From the sequence record OR067838.1: a stretch of 64,000 bases of DNA; one strand, written 5' to 3'. The position numbers and the translations under genes were made by a program. Every line of letters starts with the position of its first letter. The stretch's first letter is position 1. Of this stretch, positions 59,561 through 64,000 are shown piece after piece. The DNA comes from Escherichia phage KKP 3954. Below the pieces are notes generated by a model that was not told the DNA's origin, did not search any database, and worked only from the letters and a program-made list of their open reading frames with translations.

Positions 59561-59905
59561 TTATTCAGCAATAATACCTTTTTCTTGCAGTGTTTTAATA
59601 TATGTTTGTAAACCTAAAACCTTTCGTCTATCTTGCTCCCAAAGAGCGTTGTTTTGAGTTTGGTTGTTAACAACTTCAGATCTACTGACCCCTTTTGCAA
59701 TTTGATTTTTAGTGTATGGCACAGGTGTCGATACTTTATCCATCAAGTCTGAATCTGGACCTTTAACCTTTTCTATGGCTACAGCCTTACACTCATCAAT
59801 AAGAACTGGGGAAACTTTTGTTGATGATGAACAACCCGTCATCATTAGGGGCAAAGCAAGACATACTGCCAGAATTAGTTTTTGCATAATTCGTTGTATC
59901 CTCAT
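59561..59905 (-). CDS. outer-membrane spanin (Rz1-like lipoprotein), overlapping the 3' end of the i-spanin gene
   Basis: Signal peptide with lipobox LMMTGC; about 110-nt out-of-frame overlap with 59796..60206. Confidence 0.55.
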   Translation of the reverse strand: MRIQRIMQKLILAVCLALPLMMTGCSSSTKVSPVLIDECKAVAIEKVKGPDSDLMDKVSTPVPYTKNQIAKGVSRSEVVNNQTQNNALWEQDRRKVLGLQTYIKTLQEKGIIAE

Positions 59906-60206
59906 TGATCGTTTGTTTCTTCTTCTCTAAATCTGCTTTTAATTGTGCATTGTTTTTAGACAAGTTGTTTATTTGAGTATTTAATAATGCTCTTTCTTCA
60001 TCGGCTCTTTTTTGAAGAACATCAAAATCCTGTTTTGCTTTTGCTTGGGCTGCTTGATATAATTGCGTTTGATAGGCAACACCATCTTTGTAGCCAGACT
60101 CACGTATCTTGTTATAAGCAAACATTCCGGTAAGAATAAGAACAACAATTAAAACAAAACCTAATACAGTTTTAGTCTTTAGATTCATTATCTTCTGCTT
60201 CCTCAT
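59796..60206 (-). CDS. inner-membrane spanin (Rz-like): N-terminal TM helix plus coiled coil
   Basis: TM segment TVLGFVLIVVLILTGMFAY then charged helical region. Confidence 0.55.
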   Translation of the reverse strand: MRKQKIMNLKTKTVLGFVLIVVLILTGMFAYNKIRESGYKDGVAYQTQLYQAAQAKAKQDFDVLQKRADEERALLNTQINNLSKNNAQLKADLEKKKQTINEDTTNYAKTNSGSMSCFAPNDDGLFIINKSFPSSY

Positions 60207-60238
60207 AAAATTTTATTTTAGGAAGAGAAGGGGCATTA

Positions 60239-60409
60239 TTAACTATCTTCTTCACTTCCATTGGTTGAGCCTCCACTAGGATCTCTTCCCACGTCTTCTC
60301 TGTCATCATAAAGTTCTTCCTCCAAGTTCCAAGCCCGTGTGTAATCATTCTTTTTATCTTTATGATAAGAAGAACGGTTAAAATCATTTTTAACTACAAA
60401 ATTGCGCAT
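60239..60409 (-). CDS. small acidic hypothetical protein (56 aa; different frame from track ORF 60172..60387)
   Basis: ATG with GAGGAGG RBS 7 nt upstream. Confidence 0.4.
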   Translation of the reverse strand: MRNFVVKNDFNRSSYHKDKKNDYTRAWNLEEELYDDREDVGRDPSGGSTNGSEEDS

Positions 60410-60465
60410 ATTTTATCCTCCTCATATCTGATCTTATCACAAAAGGATATACAATTGCAAGCATT

Positions 60466-60497
60466 AAAAATAAAAAAGCCCCTAACCTTTCGGAGAG
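60466..60497 (-). terminator. hairpin followed by T-tract on minus strand
   Basis: CCCCT...AGGGG stem then CTTTTTTATTTTT on minus strand. Confidence 0.4.
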
Positions 60498-60549
60498 GGG
60501 TGTTAAAAATAACAAGGAGGAGGGCCAAAGCCCCAAGAGAGGAGAGGGA

Positions 60550-60846
60550 TTAGATTACGATCTTTTTAGGAACGTCATCTGTATTCTGCACGGCAGGGGT
60601 TTCTTCTTCCATAGCTTCATAATGTTCTTCTAACCATTCTTCTACTTGCTCTTTAATAGCTTTAGCTGCTTGGAAGCGGAGAGGTTTTGCTGCATCCTTA
60701 TCATTAACAAGTTCAACAATATACCGCATAGCTTCTAAATAATGCTCTGCAAATAATTCTTTTACACTTGCTTGCGCCGCATCCATTGCGTAAATCTGTT
60801 GCATTTCGGCTGTTGGTCTTCCACGACCACGTTTTAGTTTAGGCAT
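60550..60846 (-). CDS. small DNA-binding-like protein (basic N-terminus); possible terminase small subunit or regulator
   Basis: AGGAGGATT RBS; MPKLKRGRGRPT N-terminus. Confidence 0.45.
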   Translation of the reverse strand: MPKLKRGRGRPTAEMQQIYAMDAAQASVKELFAEHYLEAMRYIVELVNDKDAAKPLRFQAAKAIKEQVEEWLEEHYEAMEEETPAVQNTDDVPKKIVI

Positions 60847-60867
60847 AATAAAATCCTCCTAAACTTT

Positions 60868-60896
60868 ATCTTAACATATAAAAAATAATAAGTCAA
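60868..60896 (-). promoter_or_regulatory. sigma70-like promoter on minus strand (TTGACT, 17-nt spacer, TAAGAT)
   Basis: Hexamers read from reverse complement. Confidence 0.45.
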
Positions 60897-60913
60897 GTTT
60901 TATTCAATAGATA

Positions 60914-60938
60914 GCAAAAAGCCTCCAATAAGGAGGCC
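60914..60938 (-). terminator. rho-independent terminator closing the tRNA cluster
   Basis: GCCTCC-TTATT-GGAGGC then TTTTT on minus strand. Confidence 0.55.
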
Positions 60939-61053
60939 AATAAATACTGTTAATTTGAAATGCTTTATTATGATTGTGCGTTAAGGAGTCGCACCCCTCC
61001 ATCTTAGAAGGAACCAGGCAAGGTCTTCAAAGATACCGCTGGCAAGCGATATT

Positions 61054-61132
61054 TGGAGGCGGGAATTGGATTTGAACCAATGATCTCCAGCATATGAAAC
61101 TGGCGAGGACGACCAGACTCCTCTATCCCGCT
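61054..61132 (-). tRNA. tRNA-Met (anticodon CAT), initiator-like
   Basis: Manual fold: T-arm ATTGG-TTCAAAT-CCAAT, anticodon loop TTCATAT; 3' CCA encoded; ends approximate by 1-2 nt. Confidence 0.6.
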
Positions 61133-61138
61133 ATCATG

Positions 61139-61208
61139 TATCCCGTGCTGGATTCGAACCAGCGTCACAATAAATTGTGGATCTCTTATCCTGTAAGTCT
61201 AACGGGAA
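61139..61208 (-). tRNA. tRNA-like gene, aberrant (anticodon arm has only a 4-nt loop); possible pseudogene
   Basis: Good T-arm GCTGG-TTCGAAT-CCAGC and 6-bp acceptor stem, but anticodon region folds as CACAA-TTTA-TTGTG. Confidence 0.4.
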
Positions 61209-61210
61209 AC

Positions 61211-61284
61211 TGGTTGTTTCGACAAGAATCGAACTTGTGTCTCACGATTATCAGTCGTGGGTTCTACCATTGAACTACGAAACA
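61211..61284 (-). tRNA. tRNA-Ile (anticodon GAT)
   Basis: Manual cloverleaf: acceptor TGTTTCG/CGAAACA, loop CTGATAA, T-arm ACAAG-TTCGATT-CTTGT, CCA encoded. Confidence 0.7.
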
Positions 61285-61290
61285 TTTAAT

Positions 61291-61367
61291 TGGTCGGAAT
61301 TGCAGGATTCGAACCTGCGACCCTACGCTCCCAAAGCGTATGCTCTACCAAACTGAGCTAAATTCCG
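61291..61367 (-). tRNA. tRNA-Pro (anticodon TGG)
   Basis: Manual cloverleaf: acceptor CGGAATT/AATTCCG, loop TTTGGGA, T-arm GCAGG-TTCGAAT-CCTGC. Confidence 0.7.
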
Positions 61368-61372
61368 TTATA

Positions 61373-61448
61373 TGGCTGGTCTGTCTGGATTTGAACCAAA
61401 CCTACGACAGTCAAAGTGTCGTGTGCTACCGGACTACACTACAAACCA
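61373..61448 (-). tRNA. tRNA-Gln (anticodon TTG)
   Basis: Manual cloverleaf: anticodon stem CGACA/TGTCG, loop CTTTGAC. Confidence 0.6.
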
Positions 61449-61546
61449 ATAAATCATTTAATGAAGGGCAACCAGAAGAAGTGTGAGAGAAGGAGAAAAC
61501 CATGAGTAAAAGAGAAAGTTTTCTGGCAACCCTTTATTAAATAATT

Positions 61547-61620
61547 TGGAGCGTTCTACGAGGATCGAACTCGTGCCGCCGACTTGGAAGGACGGAATGC
61601 TACCGCTACACCAAGAACGC
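61547..61620 (-). tRNA. tRNA-Gly (anticodon TCC)
   Basis: Manual cloverleaf: acceptor GCGTTCT/AGAACGC, loop CTTCCAA, discriminator U. Confidence 0.6.
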
Positions 61621-61631
61621 CCTATATATTT

Positions 61632-61661
61632 ACTATACTACATTTTACTATTTGTTGTCAA
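61632..61661 (-). promoter_or_regulatory. sigma70-like promoter on minus strand (TTGACA, 18-nt spacer, TATAGT) for the downstream tRNA genes
   Basis: Hexamers read from reverse complement just upstream of tRNA-Gly. Confidence 0.5.
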
Positions 61662-61933
61662 GACTTTTATTGATTGGGACAGTGACGAGTATCCCGTTGG
61701 GTGACTAGCCCTACGTTCGGTAAGCTAACTTAAAATAATACAAAACCAAAGTCAAATATTATTCTTCGTTGCTGTCGATGGGAGAGCCGCTTCTCATTTT
61801 GCCCCATCCAACCCTACTCCGGTCAAGTTTCGGGTGACTCTTTTTGTGATCAACACAATACTAAGAACACTGTCTTTCGAGCAGACCTTGTGCACAGGAA
61901 CGACGATCAATCACAATGCTCTTAATGTTGTGT

Positions 61934-62008
61934 TGGTGCTCCCACACTGAATCGAACAGAGATCCACGGATTACAAAACCGTTGTAATAGCCATTATACT
62001 ATAGGAGC
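61934..62008 (-). tRNA. tRNA-Thr (anticodon TGT)
   Basis: Manual cloverleaf: acceptor GCTCCTA/TGGGAGC, loop TTTGTAA. Confidence 0.6.
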
Positions 62009-62014
62009 AATGCT

Positions 62015-62091
62015 GGGACTCGGCAGGATTCGATACCTGCAATTCCAGAAGCCTATTGGCGACTGGGGGTTTACCTTAACTCTACAAGTCC
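62015..62091 (-). tRNA. tRNA-like gene, anticodon unresolved (irregular anticodon arm, 8-nt T-loop)
   Basis: 7-bp acceptor stem GGACTTG/CGAGTCC and T-arm GCAGG-TATCGAAT-CCTGC, but no canonical 5-bp/7-nt anticodon arm. Confidence 0.4.
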
Positions 62092-62098
62092 ATAATTC

Positions 62099-62184
62099 TG
62101 GCGATGAGTATAGGATTCGAACCTATATTGTTCTTTCGAACACGGATTAACAGTCCGCCGCTTAAACCGTTCAGCCAACTCATC
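62099..62184 (-). tRNA. type-II (long variable arm) tRNA with Asn anticodon GTT
   Basis: Perfect 7-bp acceptor GATGAGT/ACTCATC, discriminator G, CCA encoded; anticodon arm CGGACTGTTAATCCG; variable arm GTTC-GAAA-GAAC. Confidence 0.6.
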
Positions 62185-62190
62185 TTAATT

Positions 62191-62278
62191 TGGTGGTGAG
62201 TGATGGAGTCGAACCACCCGAATCGCAATGATAACAGATTTACAGTCTGCCCCGCTACCCCTACGGAATTAACTCACC
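62191..62278 (-). tRNA. tRNA-Tyr (anticodon GTA), type II
   Basis: Anticodon arm GCAGA-CTGTAAA-TCTGT; discriminator A; CCA encoded. Confidence 0.65.
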
Positions 62279-62409
62279 TAAATACTAATATTTAAATTCT
62301 TTTTAAAATAGCCAGTGTTCGCACCACTAACTATGAGTTATCGGTAAGATGGTGGGGGGCTATCTTCCGAAAGTTTACTCTATTAAAGTAAGCTACATTA
62401 AAAAGAACT

Positions 62410-62495
62410 TGGCGGTAGATGTAGGACTCGAACCTACACGCCGTTTCCGACTACAGTTTAGCAAACTGTCGTGGCTACCATTTCACCAATCTACC
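62410..62495 (-). tRNA. tRNA-Ser (anticodon GCT), type II
   Basis: Anticodon arm ACAGT-TTGCTAA-ACTGT; long variable arm; discriminator G. Confidence 0.7.
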
Positions 62496-62500
62496 TAATC

Positions 62501-62591
62501 TGGCGGAAGGAGGGAGAGTCGAACTCCCAAGGCTCTTTCAAGCTCGGCGGTTTTCAAGACCGTTTTCGTCGCCACATCGATTTGCCCTTCC
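62501..62591 (-). tRNA. tRNA-Ser (anticodon TGA), type II
   Basis: Anticodon loop CTTGAAA; T-arm GGGAG-TTCGACT-CTCCC; long variable arm. Confidence 0.65.
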
Positions 62592-62599
62592 ATACTTAT

Positions 62600-62629
62600 A
62601 ATCTAACATAAAATAATGATTGTTGTCAA
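62600..62629 (-). promoter_or_regulatory. possible sigma70-like promoter on minus strand (TTGACA; -10 TAGATT) upstream of tRNA-Ser
   Basis: Hexamers read from reverse complement. Confidence 0.35.
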
Positions 62630-62825
62630 TACTTTTTTAAAACATTTTACCATGAATGGTGACTCCACCAACCCCCGTTCTCCACGAACGGTGCTCTTCG
62701 AGCATTTATGTCTTCTAATATAACCGTGGCCTTTGTTTATAATGTCTGACATACTTGCCTCATTCTCTGCCACCATGATCAGTAGTGGGTTCAAATCACT
62801 TGAGCTAATTCATGTTAAAATGTTC

Positions 62826-62900
62826 TGGTGTCTTTACAAGGAATCGAACCTTGACTAAGAGTTTAGAAGACTCCTGTGCTATCCATTACACCATAAAGAC
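62826..62900 (-). tRNA. tRNA-Arg (anticodon TCT)
   Basis: Acceptor GTCTTTA/TAAAGAC; loop CTTCTAA; T-arm CAAGG-TTCGATT-CCTTG. Confidence 0.65.
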
Positions 62901-62902
62901 GT

Positions 62903-62977
62903 TGGTGGCCCTGGCTGGTTTCGATCCAGCTACCTATCGGTTATGAGCCGACAGCTCTCCCATTGAGCTACAGGGCC
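62903..62977 (-). tRNA. tRNA with anticodon CAT, Ile2 (lysidine)-type by resemblance to E. coli ileX; alternatively elongator Met
   Basis: Acceptor GGCCCTG/CAGGGCC; loop CTCATAA; 5' and 3' ends resemble E. coli tRNA-Ile2. Confidence 0.6.
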
Positions 62978-63183
62978 ATAAATGTGGTAACAGAGACGCT
63001 GACGATTGTAGAGAACCGCTACATTCTCTAAGACCAAGCCCAACTTTCAGCGTAAAAGTTCTTGAGCCGAGACTATTCCTTTTCCTCTTTGGTAGCTAAC
63101 CTCTGAAGAAGTAGTCTCTAACACTATCCGCAGTGCAAGCCCCTCTTAACAAAAGTCAACGACCCTGTTACCACACTTGATGA

Positions 63184-63210
63184 ACGTATCCTAACATATG
63201 AAGGATACGT
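63184..63210 (-). terminator. 8-bp perfect inverted repeat ACGTATCC...GGATACGT (hairpin downstream of minus-strand gene 63225..63473)
   Basis: Read directly; no clear U-tract. Confidence 0.3.
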
Positions 63211-63224
63211 TTGTCAATAGTTAT

Positions 63225-63473
63225 TTAAGCATATTCTGCTACTTCTTCACTATCTTTCTTTTCCAGAAGAGCAACAACCAAAGCTTCTGCGTTAAAAGTA
63301 TTAATTTCAAGATCCATCTCTCGCATCAGAGCCAAGAAATCAATAACTTTAACATCTTTAGTGATTACAATAGAAGTTGTACCATTGTTTTCAGATGTGT
63401 ATTTTTCTGGATGGAAAAGAAAAACTGCATTGCCGTTACCATCTTCAAACACGTGTTTTTCTAATAGAGACAT
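63225..63473 (-). CDS. small hypothetical protein (start at internal ATG with AGGAGG RBS rather than track start 63539)
   Basis: AGGAGGAACA then ATG (MSLLEKH...). Confidence 0.45.
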   Translation of the reverse strand: MSLLEKHVFEDGNGNAVFLFHPEKYTSENNGTTSIVITKDVKVIDFLALMREMDLEINTFNAEALVVALLEKKDSEEVAEYA

Positions 63474-63481
63474 TGTTCCTC

Positions 63482-63733
63482 CTAATCTGTTAGTTGTTCG
63501 TCCTCTACCAAGTTTGACACGAGAACGTCTGTTATACATTGATGCTGATAAACCCTTTCGGGACTATCATCAAAAGCCAAACCTGTGCAAATAGAACAGA
63601 GGTCTGATTCCTTGATGACTCCATTTTTATCACGTCTGGAGTGGTTTGTCAAATGCCTATTACAAGCACGGCACCTAAAATAAAAGCTATTTTGCATATA
63701 TCCTTCGAACCCCAAATGGGGAGTGATCGGCAT
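63482..63733 (-). CDS. small zinc-ribbon protein
   Basis: ORF track; CRAC...CSIC. Confidence 0.45.
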   Translation of the reverse strand: MPITPHLGFEGYMQNSFYFRCRACNRHLTNHSRRDKNGVIKESDLCSICTGLAFDDSPERVYQHQCITDVLVSNLVEDEQLTD

Positions 63734-63770
63734 CTCCTCACTTCTAGTTTAGCACGAAGGATATCTTAAG

Positions 63771-63956
63771 TCAACTAGGAATAATTTTATCCCTTTTGGT
63801 TTCATAACCAGTCCAATCTAAATCCTCCCAGCCTTCATCATCGTCTAACACATTGTCATCGTCATAAGATGCAATGTTATAAATAGAACGTGGATTACAA
63901 GACATACAATCTTTAATAGGCACATGATGCCATTTGCACGGATTATCACTAATCAT
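63771..63956 (-). CDS. small cysteine-containing acidic protein
   Basis: ORF track. Confidence 0.4.
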   Translation of the reverse strand: MISDNPCKWHHVPIKDCMSCNPRSIYNIASYDDDNVLDDDEGWEDLDWTGYETKRDKIIPS

Positions 63957-64000
63957 TGCACACCTCCATTCTTGTTAAGATGTTTCATGTATTGTACTTC

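Noticed and set aside
62603-62794. 63-aa minus-strand ORF inside the tRNA cluster spacer
   Set aside because: No RBS, overlaps a putative promoter and lies between tRNA genes; most likely non-coding.
62775-62800. Plus-strand T-loop-like motif GGTTCAAATC suggesting a tRNA on the plus strand
   Set aside because: No complementary acceptor-stem partner within 90 nt upstream and no cloverleaf could be built; all convincing tRNAs are on the minus strand.
1686-63464. Numerous 60-130 aa ORFs from the six-frame track lying antisense to or inside long genes (for example 1686..1880-, 2712..3023-, 7503..8063-, 16551..16829-, 21386..21589+, 52759..53565+, 54121..54687+, 63198..63464+)
   Set aside because: They overlap better-supported genes on the opposite strand, lack RBS and have low-complexity or codon-mirror composition; treated as spurious.
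1-64000. CRISPR arrays, integrase/transposase genes or other mobile elements
   Set aside because: No regularly spaced direct repeats and no recombinase-like ORFs were seen; the window appears to be lytic-phage backbone only.

Overview
This 64-kb window reads as a segment of a tailed dsDNA phage genome of an enterobacterial-type host (inferred from near-consensus sigma70 promoters and an SSB ending in the E. coli-like tail PPMDFDDDIPF). All calls are from manual reading of the sequence and ORF track; no searches were run. Layout: (i) 1-21217, plus strand: an early/accessory region carrying an unexpected Ter-like stress-response module (TerC membrane protein, SprT-like metalloprotease, TelA-like protein, vWA protein, TerD protein), a signal-peptide SleB-like cell-wall hydrolase, four putative glycosyltransferases, then a replication module (T7 gp4-like primase-helicase, DNA N6-adenine methyltransferase, family A DNA polymerase, NTase-fold protein, SSB). 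(ii) 21281-60846, minus strand: the morphogenesis block (small DNA-binding protein, Rz/Rz1-like spanin pair, large terminase, portal, scaffold, decoration-like protein, lambda E-like major capsid protein, neck proteins, tail sheath, tube, chaperone with -1 frameshift site, tape measure, baseplate, at least five large tail fiber/tailspike genes). (iii) 61054-62977, minus strand: a cluster of about 14 tRNA or tRNA-like genes with their own promoters and terminator, followed by small minus-strand genes. The most interesting items are the phage-borne Ter-like module, a type-II tRNA carrying an Asn anticodon, two structurally aberrant tRNA-like genes, and at least six reading-frame breaks in long genes (three at 6-nt homopolymers), which indicate either indel errors or recoding.
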